Made by a program: the position numbers and the translations under genes. The notes beneath the pieces were generated by a model, which was given only the letters and a program-made list of their open reading frames with translations, was not told where the DNA came from and ran no database searches. A stretch of DNA of 64,000 nucleotides from Chloroflexota bacterium (GTDB taxonomy: Bacteria > Chloroflexota > Dehalococcoidia > E44-bin15): contig DAOUOW010000001.1 of NCBI GenBank assembly GCA_030626475.1, positions 108 to 64,107 on the forward strand, written 5' to 3'. Shown here piece after piece: positions 20,001 through 28,921 of this stretch (its first letter is position 1; each line of letters begins with the position of its first letter).

Positions 20001-20039
20001 ACCCTTCTCGTAGACCGCACCAAGGTGAGGAAAGGATAG
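17028..20039 (+). CDS. nuoH: Fused NuoH + NuoI with inserted GltD/NfnB-like FAD/NAD(P)H oxidoreductase module
   Basis: aa 1-~360 NuoH (GPNRAGP.G.LQP.AD, RTPFDLLEAESE, RLRVDQ); NuoI N-part TVQYPE; APCVLACP/CGRVCTHPCE/GSGPGG/GGGNVAID..YRRS/GDAVTGP; two CxxCxxCxxxCP motifs of NuoI at the C-terminus. Confidence 0.92.
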   Translation: MNVLEQFHDWLMNYWPSWAAYLVPALVAFVVLSAFITLVVMAFIYIERRGIGRFQIRRGPNRAGPFGILQPVADAIKVLVKEDIIPAASDRWIHWLAPVIAFVPAMAIFAVIPFEGRAIFADLNIGILYIIAISSLGVIGVFMAGWGSNNKFSMISAMRSIAQMVSYEIPLVLSIAGVLIIAGSLSMTSIVEAQNVPFFLLQPLGFLIFFIAAAAELQRTPFDLLEAESEIVAGYHIEYSGMKFALFYLGEYTHAFAISAIVATLFLGGWHGVLLPGALWFMIKVFLVFGALIWVRSTLPRLRVDQLMAFAWKCLFPLAVINLFVTAIEVVIWPEFPWQLMILNILIAALLIVLWSGFFRVAGERVRFKRYGRGIGKGMTVTFGHLFRPPITVQYPEQRLTVSKRARGNRFIWDDSKRAPCVLACPARVDAQGYVTLISQGKFKEALELVRRNLPFPAVCGRVCTHPCETACNRGKIDEPIAIRDLKRFLADYEMRAEEEEITPAPRTKEERVAIIGSGPGGLTAARDLVNMGYGVTVFEALPIPGGMLAVGIPEYRLPKDILQKEIEAIQKLGVEIRLNSPVGKDGLTLEALYKQYEAILVAVGAHDSMRLNIPGEEFEGVYHGVSFLRDVSLGKEVKVGERVAIIGGGNVAIDAARTALRLGSKEVIIVYRRSRQEMPASEEEIEEAEHEGIKLNYLAAPVKVLGKQGKVVSLECIRMELGEPDDSGRRRPIPVEGSEFVLDIDMLIPAIGQTPDLAFLPGDHEFLITARGTFEADPASLATNIPGIFACGDAVTGPATAIEAVAAGSKAAIAIDIYLRGEEVVLEERLPLHEVVIEDMDTSDIVSKDRQPLPHLSLRERTPGFKEVNLGFTEEMAAEEANRCLNCGVCSWCQQCEKACPQGVIKIEWDRTQEEELGVKRFDIDLTACIFCGLCIEACPAHRLYFERGYETSTYCFGDIALDKEGLRPSPQKQPSAYARPELEPTLPQQTLLVDRTKVRKG

Positions 20040-20041
20040 CG

Positions 20042-20527
20042 TTGGAAGTAGCCTTCTGGATTCTGGCAGTAATTAGTGTAGCCTCAGCCCTGGCGGTGGT
20101 TTTCCTCCGCCATATCTTCCGTGCTGCCCTATTTCTGGTTCTGTGCTTCTTCGCCATAGCTGGAATCTACGCCACCCTTAATGCCGATTTTCTAGCCGCA
20201 GCCCAGGTGCTGATCTATGTCGGCGCAATAGCGGTACTTATCATCTTTGCCATCATGCTCACCAGAGAGACTCAGCAGGGAAGTCCTTCAGGCAGGTTTC
20301 GCCTTATCGCCTTTCTGGTGGGGGCTATGTTCCTGGTCACCATGATCCTGGTGGTGACCGGCACTGACTGGCAAGTGATCACCGAGGCTCCCACTGAGCC
20401 CACAACCTCATCCCTCGCTCAGGCACTTTTTAGCCGCGAGGAGGGCTTTGTCCTCCCCTTTGAAATAGTGGCAGCGCTTTTGCTGGCGGCGGTGATCGGA
20501 GCCATCGCCCTGGTTAGGGAGAAATAG
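20042..20527 (+). CDS. nuoJ: Complex I subunit J
   Basis: AQVLIYVGAIAVL, LPFE. Confidence 0.95.
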   Translation: MEVAFWILAVISVASALAVVFLRHIFRAALFLVLCFFAIAGIYATLNADFLAAAQVLIYVGAIAVLIIFAIMLTRETQQGSPSGRFRLIAFLVGAMFLVTMILVVTGTDWQVITEAPTEPTTSSLAQALFSREEGFVLPFEIVAALLLAAVIGAIALVREK

Positions 20528-20833
20528 ATGACTGTCGGACTTGAGCATTTTCTCATCCTTTCCGCAATCCTTTTCTCCATAGGTTTATATGGCGCTCTGG
20601 CGAAGCGGAATGCGGTGGTCATTCTGATGTCCATCGAAATCATGCTCAATGCAGTGAATATCGCCATGGTTGCCTTCTGGCGGTATGGCCATCTCATCAC
20701 CGGCCAGGTGTTTGCCATCTTCATTATGGTGGTGGCCGCCGCTGAGGCTGCTGTGGGCTTGGCAATAATAATTTCCATTTATCGCAGTCGGGAAACGGTG
20801 GATGTGGAGAAAATTGACCTGATGAAATGGTAG
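20528..20833 (+). CDS. nuoK: Complex I subunit K
   Basis: MSIEIMLNAVN, VAAAEAAVGLA. Confidence 0.97.
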   Translation: MTVGLEHFLILSAILFSIGLYGALAKRNAVVILMSIEIMLNAVNIAMVAFWRYGHLITGQVFAIFIMVVAAAEAAVGLAIIISIYRSRETVDVEKIDLMKW

Positions 20834-20851
20834 CATATTGAGGAAGGACTG

Positions 20852-22786
20852 ATGCCATCTGGTGTACCGTTAGCTATTTTCCTTCTCCCCTTCTTCTCGT
20901 TCATTGTTATCTCTTTTGTCATCAGGCCCTTCCTCAACAGCAAGCCGCAGCTCAGTGGGTACATCACCATTACCTCCATTGGCACCTCTCTAATTCTTTC
21001 CCTTTGGGTCCTGGCTGAGGTAAGCAGTGCTCCGGGGCACATGCTCTCCATGCCCGACTACGAGTGGCTGGTCATCGGCGATACCGTAATTCGGTTCGGG
21101 GTAACCGTAGATGCACTGGCTGCGATTATGCTCATCGTGGTCACCTCAGTCAGCTTGCTGGTTCAGGTCTACTCCCAGGGTTACATGCATGGCGACCCCG
21201 GCTATTCCCGCTACTTCGCCTTCATGTCGCTATTCACCGCCTTCATGCTGGGGCTGGTCTTGGCCGATAACCTCATCATACTCTATGTATTCTGGGAGGG
21301 GGTGGGACTCTGCTCCTATCTCCTTATCGGCTTCTGGTTCCACCGACCGGCGGCAGCAAGGGCGGCGACCAAGGCGTTTATCGTCACCCGCATTGGCGAT
21401 TTCGGCTTCTTGGCCGCCATCCTTTTCCTCTACTTCAAGACGGGCACTTTCGACATCGGGGAGCTCCACCACCTGGCCCTGGCGGGCGCCATTGGGGGCA
21501 CAGTCCTCACCTGGGCTGCAATCGGCGTCTTCTCCGGGGCAATAGGCAAGTCAGCGCAATTCCCGCTCCATACCTGGCTTCCCGATGCCATGGAGGGTCC
21601 GACCCCGGTGAGCGCCTTGATCCATGCAGCCACCATGGTGGCTGCCGGCATATATCTGGTGGCTCGCATGTTCCCTATATTTGCCTCCTCCCTTACAGCA
21701 GTAACCACAGTGGCGGCAATCGGAGGCTTTACCGCTATCTTCGCTGCCACCATGGGCCTGGTGATGAACGATATTAAGCGGGTACTGGCCTACTCCACCA
21801 TCAGCCAATTGGGCTACATGATGCTGGGTTTAGGAGTGGTAGGCATAGGCGTGGCCAACGATGCCATTTCCTTAGAGGTTGGTTTGGGGCTAGGTGTGGC
21901 AGTAGGCATTTTCCATCTGTTCAATCACGCCTTCTTCAAGTCGCTCCTCTTCCTGGGCGCAGGGAGTGTTAATCATGCCACCGGCACCTTTGACATTCGG
22001 GAGATGGGCGGACTGAGAAAGGTGATGCCCTGGACTTATGCCACCTTCCTCATCGCTTCCCTCAGCATCGTCGGTATCTGGCCTCTGGCCGGGTTCTGGA
22101 GCAAAGAGGGCATCCTGGACCATGCCTGGGACCATCAAACCGCATTATTCTTCCTGGCTATGATCACGGTCTTCATGACCGCCTTCTACATGTTCCGCCT
22201 AGTCTTCCTCACCTTTGCTGGAGAGTATCGCGGTGGCAATGCTGGCCACGGTGGGGCAAGCGCCCACGCTCCCTCACTTCGGGAGTCACCCCTGATGATG
22301 GTGGCGCCCATGGGCTTATTGGCCATCCTCGCCGTGATCTCGGGGTGGCTGCCGGTAAGCAGCTTCTTAGGCGGGAAATCGGAGAGCTTCTTCGGTGCCC
22401 TTGCCCACCCTATGGCCTGGGTCTCCATGGTATTGGCTGGTTTGGGCATCCTTCTTGCCTACGCCCTGTATAGCGCAAGATGGCTTTCTGTGGAATCATT
22501 GCGGCGGCGCTTTGCCCCTCTTCATACGCTCTTTTCCCGGAAGTACTGGTTCGATGAGCTCTACGAGAGGGTGATCGTGGTCAGGGTTCTGGTGGACGGG
22601 ATTTTCGCTCTCCTTAACTGGTTTGATACCCGCATTGTCGATGGCGTGGTGAACGGCGTGGCTGGTGGCACCATAGCGGCGGGTAGAGTGATAAGAAGAC
22701 TGGAGACAGGACAATTGCAGGTCTATGGGATTGCCATCTTTATCGGCGTCTTGGCTATTGTCGCCTGTTTCTTAATCTTTGGTTAG
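20852..22786 (+). CDS. nuoL: Complex I subunit L
   Basis: WEGVGLCSYLLIGFW, GKSAQFPLHTWLPDAMEGPTPVSALIHAATMV, HAFFK. Confidence 0.97.
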   Translation: MPSGVPLAIFLLPFFSFIVISFVIRPFLNSKPQLSGYITITSIGTSLILSLWVLAEVSSAPGHMLSMPDYEWLVIGDTVIRFGVTVDALAAIMLIVVTSVSLLVQVYSQGYMHGDPGYSRYFAFMSLFTAFMLGLVLADNLIILYVFWEGVGLCSYLLIGFWFHRPAAARAATKAFIVTRIGDFGFLAAILFLYFKTGTFDIGELHHLALAGAIGGTVLTWAAIGVFSGAIGKSAQFPLHTWLPDAMEGPTPVSALIHAATMVAAGIYLVARMFPIFASSLTAVTTVAAIGGFTAIFAATMGLVMNDIKRVLAYSTISQLGYMMLGLGVVGIGVANDAISLEVGLGLGVAVGIFHLFNHAFFKSLLFLGAGSVNHATGTFDIREMGGLRKVMPWTYATFLIASLSIVGIWPLAGFWSKEGILDHAWDHQTALFFLAMITVFMTAFYMFRLVFLTFAGEYRGGNAGHGGASAHAPSLRESPLMMVAPMGLLAILAVISGWLPVSSFLGGKSESFFGALAHPMAWVSMVLAGLGILLAYALYSARWLSVESLRRRFAPLHTLFSRKYWFDELYERVIVVRVLVDGIFALLNWFDTRIVDGVVNGVAGGTIAAGRVIRRLETGQLQVYGIAIFIGVLAIVACFLIFG

Positions 22787-22808
22787 AAAATAATAGGAGA
22801 GAAGGCTT

Positions 22809-24293
22809 TTGGACTTTCCTTATCTCTCAATAATCGTCTTTCTCCCCATAATCGGGGCTATTCTCATTGCCCTTCTGCCTCACGCTGATCCGAGGCGGAT
22901 AAAGCTCACTGCGGCCTTTTTCACCCTGGTCACTTTTGCCCTGTCTTTGTCTTTGTTCTTCATGTTTGACCAGTCACTGGAAGGCGCCCAGTTCGTGGAA
23001 AGGGCATCGTGGATTCCCCCCCTCGACGCTCAATACTTCCTCGGCATCGATGGGCTGAGCCTGCCGATGCTTATTCTGGCCACATTCCTGGGCTTCATCG
23101 CTGTCCTCGTCTCATGGAAGATTGACCTCAGGGTTCGGGAATACTTTGCCTGGCTCCTGGTGCTTGAAACCGGTGTCCTGGGTGTCTTTTGCTCCCTGGA
23201 CCTGCTGCTCTTCTTCCTCTTCTGGGAAGTGGAGATCCTGCCCATGTATCTCTTGATCTCCATCTGGGGCACGGGGAGGAAAGAGTATTCAGCAATGAAA
23301 TTCGTTATTTTTACCCTTGCCGGCAGTGCCATGATGCTGGCTGGAATTCTGCTCCTCTATTTCCATGGCGGCACCTTCGACATGATGGAGCTGGCCGGGA
23401 TGGGGCTTGAGGGAGCCATAAGCACCCTGCTGGCCACAGCGATCTTCTTCCTCCTCTTCATCGGCTATGCGGTTAAGCTGCCTGTTTTCCCCTTTCACAC
23501 CTGGCTGCCGGATGCCCATACCGACGCTCCCACGGCGGTAAGCGTCATCCTCGCCGGGATACTGCTCAAGATGGGTGGCTACGCCATTATTCGCGTCTGC
23601 GTCAGCATATTCCCCGGCGTATCGCAAGACTATGCTGTGCTTCTCGTGGCTTTAGCTTTGGTCAATATTCTTTATGGGGCGGCAGTAACCTTTAGACAGC
23701 GGGACCTGAAACGGCTGATTGCATATAGCAGCATCAGCCATATGGGCTATGTGCTCTTGGGCATCTTTGCCCTGAGCCAGGTGAGCATGACCGGTGCCAC
23801 CCTCCAGATGTTCAGCCATGGCCTGATTACCGGGCTTCTCTTCGCCCTTGTCGGGCTGGTCTACAACAAGACGCATGTCAGGGATATCACCCAGCTTGGC
23901 GGTCTTGCCCGCCGCATGCCAATCATTGCTGTCGTCTTCAGTGTCGCCGGGCTTGCTGCCCTTGGGCTTCCCGGCACCAGCGGCTTCGCTGCTGAGTTTC
24001 TGGTATTCCTCGGCAGCTTCAAGAGCACATTGGTTGATGGCATCCAGACCTATGCCATCCTTGGCATCGTGGGCATCGTGCTCACCGCAGGATATATCCT
24101 TTGGCTATTGCAACGAGTTTTCTATGGCCCAGCCAAGGCCCAGTATGATGGGGTGCCCGATGCCGATAGGCTTGAGCGGTTTACCATCTTCTCCATGGTG
24201 GCGGTGATCATGCTCATCGGCATCTATCCCGCAGTGCTAACCGATATCATCAAGACGGGGGTGTCGCCAATAATGGCCTCTTTGGGCCTGTGA
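22809..24293 (+). CDS. nuoM: Complex I subunit M
   Basis: VKLPVFPFHTWLPDAH, LLKMGGY, KRLIAYSSISHMG. Confidence 0.97.
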   Translation: MDFPYLSIIVFLPIIGAILIALLPHADPRRIKLTAAFFTLVTFALSLSLFFMFDQSLEGAQFVERASWIPPLDAQYFLGIDGLSLPMLILATFLGFIAVLVSWKIDLRVREYFAWLLVLETGVLGVFCSLDLLLFFLFWEVEILPMYLLISIWGTGRKEYSAMKFVIFTLAGSAMMLAGILLLYFHGGTFDMMELAGMGLEGAISTLLATAIFFLLFIGYAVKLPVFPFHTWLPDAHTDAPTAVSVILAGILLKMGGYAIIRVCVSIFPGVSQDYAVLLVALALVNILYGAAVTFRQRDLKRLIAYSSISHMGYVLLGIFALSQVSMTGATLQMFSHGLITGLLFALVGLVYNKTHVRDITQLGGLARRMPIIAVVFSVAGLAALGLPGTSGFAAEFLVFLGSFKSTLVDGIQTYAILGIVGIVLTAGYILWLLQRVFYGPAKAQYDGVPDADRLERFTIFSMVAVIMLIGIYPAVLTDIIKTGVSPIMASLGL

Positions 24294-24348
24294 CAAGGTG
24301 TCTTATGCAGGAAAACGATTTATGGGCTAATTATCGAGAGGTCTTGAA

Positions 24349-25764
24349 TTGAACGTTTATCTGCTATCGCCTGCGATGAGCCTCTGTGGCCTGGCCATAG
24401 TGGTGATCCTGCTCGACCTCGTCCTCAAGCGGAAGTGGATCCTGGGAGCAGTGAGTGTCGCTGGACTCATTGTCCCCGCCGCCTTTACCCTTGCCCTGTG
24501 GGGAAGAGAGGAGACCTCCTTTAATGGAATGCTGGCGGTGGACGAGTTCTCCCTGTTCTTCAACCTCTTTTTCCTGGTGTGCGCGGCATTGGTCATCCTC
24601 TCCTCTATGGATTATGTATCCAAATTCAAGGCGTTTCAGGGAGAGTACTATGCCCTTGTTCTCCTCGCTGCTACGGGGATGATGCTTATGGCATCCACCA
24701 GGGAGTTGATCTCGGTCTATGTTGCCTTGGAGTTAACCGCCATTTCCCTTTATGCCTTGACTGGCTTTTTGAAGGACCCCAAGTCCAGCGAAGCGGGGAT
24801 AAAATATCTCCTCCTCGGGGCGGTGGCCAGCGCCGTTTTGCTCTACGGCATGGCCATGGTTTTCGGACTCAGCGGCAGCACCCATTTTAAGGATATCGCT
24901 GCGGCAATCCCGGGAGGGGTGTTGGATAATCCAGCACTGCTCATGGGAATGGTGTTATTGGTGGCTGGCTTTGGCTTTAAGATTGCTACCGTCCCCTTCC
25001 AGATGTGGGTCCCCGATGTCTACGAAGGAGCGCCGACGCCGATAACCGCCTATCTCTCCGTTGCCAGCAAGGCTGCCGGGTTTGCCGTAATCCTCAGGGT
25101 TTTCTATGAGGCCCTGGGGCCGGTGAGCCTGGACTGGGGGATAATGTTTGGTGTCCTAGCCGCCATTACCATGACCCTGGGCAACGTGGTGGCTATCGCC
25201 CAGACGAACATAAAGCGTATGCTGGGGTATTCCAGCATCGCCCAGGCGGGCTACCTGATGATAGGACTGGCTGCCGTCAGCGCCCTCGGTCGCAGCGGCC
25301 TGGTCTTCTTCCTCATTGCCTATGCTCTTACCAATCTGGGAGCATTTATCGCCATCATCGCCATCTCCAACAAGACCAATAGCGACCTCATCAGCGACTA
25401 CTCAGGAATGGCAAAGCGGGCCCCGCTTCTGGCATTAGCCCTTGGCCTGTGCCTCATCTCCCTTATCGGCATCCCGCCCACGGCTGGGTTCATGGCCAAA
25501 ATATACATCTTCAATGCCGCGGTAGACCACGACCTGATGTGGCTGGTGATCGTGGCTGTAATTAATACCGCCATTTCCGCCTACTACTATCTAAGGGTGG
25601 TCAGGGTAATGTTTCTTGGCGCCCCCACATCAGAGGAGGCGATTCCCTCCTCAGGGGCGCTTCGTACCGCCCTCTCTGTTGCCTGCCTTGGTGTCCTCTT
25701 GCTCGGTGTTTACCCCTGGGCACTGCTGAAAATTGCTGAAACCGCTGTTAACGTGTTTCCTTGA
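24349..25764 (+). CDS. nuoN: Complex I subunit N
   Basis: EAGIKY, FKIATVPFQMWVPDVYEGAP, KRMLGYSSIA. Confidence 0.97.
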   Translation: MNVYLLSPAMSLCGLAIVVILLDLVLKRKWILGAVSVAGLIVPAAFTLALWGREETSFNGMLAVDEFSLFFNLFFLVCAALVILSSMDYVSKFKAFQGEYYALVLLAATGMMLMASTRELISVYVALELTAISLYALTGFLKDPKSSEAGIKYLLLGAVASAVLLYGMAMVFGLSGSTHFKDIAAAIPGGVLDNPALLMGMVLLVAGFGFKIATVPFQMWVPDVYEGAPTPITAYLSVASKAAGFAVILRVFYEALGPVSLDWGIMFGVLAAITMTLGNVVAIAQTNIKRMLGYSSIAQAGYLMIGLAAVSALGRSGLVFFLIAYALTNLGAFIAIIAISNKTNSDLISDYSGMAKRAPLLALALGLCLISLIGIPPTAGFMAKIYIFNAAVDHDLMWLVIVAVINTAISAYYYLRVVRVMFLGAPTSEEAIPSSGALRTALSVACLGVLLLGVYPWALLKIAETAVNVFP

Positions 25765-25789
25765 CAGCCTTAAATGGTGGTGATAGACT
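25761..25789 (+). promoter_or_regulatory. sigma70-type promoter for nadK operon
   Basis: TTGACA-17 bp-TAGACT with TGn, overlapping nuoN stop. Confidence 0.6.
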
Positions 25790-25853
25790 TCGCAATGCAC
25801 GCTATAGCTCTCGCACTTGTTGATTTATTGGCCCAAAACCCGGTGATAACAGC

Positions 25854-26669
25854 TTGAAAAAGGTTGGAATTCTCTACCATCCCAAGATCGCCGCTGCTGG
25901 TGCCCTGGCAGAGGAGTTAGCGAGCTTTCTGCCTTCCCTTAAGACCTCAGTTTGGCTCTGCTCCGCCTGGGAGGAGGAGAAGGTCAAGACACAGGTAGAA
26001 GGTACAGAACTGATCCTCAGCGTTGGCGGCGATGGCACCATCCTCAGGGCTGCCCGCGCCGTTGTCCCCCGGGCTATTCCCATCGTTGGCATAAATCTGG
26101 GTAGGCTCGGATTTATGACTGAGCTCAGCGCCGATGAGGCGCAGGAAAAGATTCCCGCTTTTTTGGCCGGAGAAGGCTGGATCGATGAACGGGCTATGCT
26201 CCAGGCCGAGCTAGAGGGCAAAGCTCCCCTCCATGCCTTGAATGACGTGGTTGTAGGGCGGGGAGCCATATCCCGGGTGGTGTGGGTGGATGTCACTATC
26301 GATGGTGCCCCTCTAACCACTTATAAGGCCGATGGGGTTATCGTGGCCACTGCCACAGGGAGCACGGGCTACTCTCTGGCTGCTGCTGGCCCCATTCTCT
26401 ACCCCTCTTCCAGGGATATATTGCTCAACCCTGTTTCTCCTCACCCTATCTATGCCAACCCGACCTTGGTTCCACCAACGGCCACCGTGGAACTGAAAGT
26501 GCATACTGACTATCAGGCGATGCTCAGCATCGATGGCCAGATAGATATCGAGCTGAAGAGCGGGGACAGCATCCTGGTCAGGCTTAGCCCTCATGTTACC
26601 CGTTTTCTCAGGGCCCAGCCGCCCACTTTTTTCTATAGTAGTTTGATGGAGAGATTGCTACAGAGGTGA
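25854..26669 (+). CDS. nadK: NAD+ kinase
   Basis: GGDGT, GINLGRLGF, ALND, ADGVIVATATGSTGYSL. Confidence 0.96.
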   Translation: MKKVGILYHPKIAAAGALAEELASFLPSLKTSVWLCSAWEEEKVKTQVEGTELILSVGGDGTILRAARAVVPRAIPIVGINLGRLGFMTELSADEAQEKIPAFLAGEGWIDERAMLQAELEGKAPLHALNDVVVGRGAISRVVWVDVTIDGAPLTTYKADGVIVATATGSTGYSLAAAGPILYPSSRDILLNPVSPHPIYANPTLVPPTATVELKVHTDYQAMLSIDGQIDIELKSGDSILVRLSPHVTRFLRAQPPTFFYSSLMERLLQR

Positions 26670-26673
26670 TGAA

Positions 26674-27147
26674 ATGAAGGTGGAAAAGGCGCGCATCGAC
26701 GACATACCTCAAATTCATCGGCTGGTCAATCACTTTGCCGATAAGGGGGAGATGTTGCCCCGCGCCATAAGCGAGCTCTATGAGAACATCAGGGACCTAT
26801 TTGTGGTCAAAGATGGCGACCAGCTAATTGCCTGTGCTGCGTTCCATATATTCTGGTCCGATCTGGCCGAGATCAGGTCCGTCGCCGTTGTCGAGGAGAA
26901 GCAGGAGCAGGGGGCTGGTGCCTTGCTCATTCAGGCCTGCCTTGAGGAGGCGAGAGACCTGGGCCTTGAGACTGTCTTTTGCCTTACCTATAAGCCAGAT
27001 TTCTTCGAGCGCTTTGGTTTTCATCGAGTGGACGTTATGAACCTGCCGCGCAAGGTCTGGGGGGAGTGCCAGCGCTGCCCCAAGTTCCCCAACTGCGATG
27101 AGATCGCTCTGGTCTATAAGCTGGAGCACCCCAGGAGCAGCCCTTAA
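26674..27147 (+). CDS. argA: Short-type amino-acid (glutamate) N-acetyltransferase, GNAT
   Basis: MLPR..ELYE..RD, LAEIRSVAV, LPRKVWGECQRCPKFPNCDE. Confidence 0.85.
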   Translation: MKVEKARIDDIPQIHRLVNHFADKGEMLPRAISELYENIRDLFVVKDGDQLIACAAFHIFWSDLAEIRSVAVVEEKQEQGAGALLIQACLEEARDLGLETVFCLTYKPDFFERFGFHRVDVMNLPRKVWGECQRCPKFPNCDEIALVYKLEHPRSSP

Positions 27148-27689
27148 TGAAGGAGCGAACCCTGGAGAGCGAGCGAATCTATGAAGGACGTGAGGTCTCC
27201 CTTAGAGTGGATACCGTTGAGTTGCCGTCCGGCAGGAGGACGACGCGAGAGGTGGTGGAGCACGTTGATTGTGTCGCCGTTGTCGCCCTGGATTCTGAGG
27301 ATAATGTTATCCTGGTGCGCCAGTTTCGCCACCCTGCGGCGAGGGTGCTTCTGGAGATTCCAGCAGGGGGGATTGAGCCCGGTGAGAAGCCCTCAGATAG
27401 CGCAATCCGAGAGCTGGAGGAGGAGACCGGCTACCATGCCCGTAAGCTGGAGCATCTTGGCGGGTTCTACAGTAGCCCCGGCTTCTGCACCGAATATTTG
27501 CATCTCTTCCTCGCCACCGAGCTTGGCCAGGCTAAACCCCTTGCTCACCAGGACGAGATTATCGAGGTGGTGCGCCTCCCCTTAAGGGAGATGCCAAATC
27601 TTATAGCATCGGGCGAGATCTGTGATGCCAAGAGCATCGCTGGTCTTCTCAGTGTTCTAATCCGAGACTTAAGTTATAAAGGGGTATAG
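27147..27689 (+). CDS. nudF: NUDIX hydrolase, ADP-ribose pyrophosphatase type
   Basis: EIPAG..E....A.RELEEETG Nudix box, SPGF, DAKS. Confidence 0.9.
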   Translation: MKERTLESERIYEGREVSLRVDTVELPSGRRTTREVVEHVDCVAVVALDSEDNVILVRQFRHPAARVLLEIPAGGIEPGEKPSDSAIRELEEETGYHARKLEHLGGFYSSPGFCTEYLHLFLATELGQAKPLAHQDEIIEVVRLPLREMPNLIASGEICDAKSIAGLLSVLIRDLSYKGV

Positions 27690-27700
27690 AAGGGAAAAGA

Positions 27701-28921
27701 GTGAGGATATGCCTCTTATGCAATAGAGGTAACATGTACTGCGGAGGGCAGGGAGTTTACCTCTATTATTTGTCCCGCGAGTTGCAGCGGCTGGGTCATG
27801 AGGTCGATGTGGTTGTCGGCCCCCCTTATCCTGATATTGCCCCCGGGGTAGAGGAACATAGAGTTGAAAACTTGAACTTCTTTGAGAATCGATTCCCCAA
27901 AAAGACACCGTTCAGGGTCTTCACCCCCCTTAACCTCTACGAGCTGGCAGTGACCCGGGTGGGGATGTTCCCCGAGATGTTCGCCTTCAGCATGAGAGCC
28001 TACGAGAAGGTGCGCCAACTCCTTTGCCAACGTCGATTCGACATCATCCACGACAATCAGACCCTGGGCTATGGGATACTGCTGATGAAGGCGTTCAAGA
28101 TTCCCATCGTCGCCACGGTGCACCATCCCCTGCCTATCGATAGGAAGACCGACCTTGCCTATCTGGAGAGTGTAAAGGATAGATTGTGGCGCATAATGTT
28201 CTACCCGTTCCTGATGCAGCATGTGGTGACGAAGAGGATGGATCGGGTGATCACTGTCTCGGCGAGTGCCGCCGAGGAAACAAAGAATGTATTTAAGGTG
28301 CCCACCCAAAAGATGAGGGTGATTTACAATGGCATTGATACCACCATCTTCAGGAAACTGGATGGCGAGGGCAAGCAGCACGGGCACCTCATTATGGTGG
28401 GCAATACCCAGGACCGCAAGAAGGGGCTCGTCTATCTGCTTGAGGCCCTCCGCTTGCTCCAGAGGAAGAATGATGTCAAATTGACCATTGTCGATCGGGG
28501 ACTGCCCGATAATGAGTATGCCCCCCAATTGGTGAACAGATATAGCCTTGATGGGAGGGTCAATTTTACCGGCAAAGTAGGCCTGGAGGAACTGGTTAAG
28601 CATTATGCCCGGGCGGAGGTGGCAGTGGTTCCCTCCCTCTATGAGGGCTTTGGTCTCCCCGCTGCCGAGGCCATGGCCTGCGGCCTGCCCGTGATCGCTA
28701 CCAGTGCCGGGGCATTGCCTGAGGTAGTGGAGGATGGCAAAAGCGGCATCCTGGTGCCGCCCCAGGATGCTCATGCCTTAGCTAAGGCGATTGAGCAACT
28801 GCTCAGTGACGAGCAGTTGCGGCGGGTGATGGGGGAGGAGGGGAGGAAAAGAGTGCAAACGCATTTTACCTGGGAGCAGGCAGCGAAGAAAACGCTTGAG
28901 GTATACCAGGAGGTCTTGTAA
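27701..28921 (+). CDS. Glycosyltransferase family 4
   Basis: GGQGVY, PSLYEGFGLPAAEAMACG. Confidence 0.93.
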   Translation: MRICLLCNRGNMYCGGQGVYLYYLSRELQRLGHEVDVVVGPPYPDIAPGVEEHRVENLNFFENRFPKKTPFRVFTPLNLYELAVTRVGMFPEMFAFSMRAYEKVRQLLCQRRFDIIHDNQTLGYGILLMKAFKIPIVATVHHPLPIDRKTDLAYLESVKDRLWRIMFYPFLMQHVVTKRMDRVITVSASAAEETKNVFKVPTQKMRVIYNGIDTTIFRKLDGEGKQHGHLIMVGNTQDRKKGLVYLLEALRLLQRKNDVKLTIVDRGLPDNEYAPQLVNRYSLDGRVNFTGKVGLEELVKHYARAEVAVVPSLYEGFGLPAAEAMACGLPVIATSAGALPEVVEDGKSGILVPPQDAHALAKAIEQLLSDEQLRRVMGEEGRKRVQTHFTWEQAAKKTLEVYQEVL

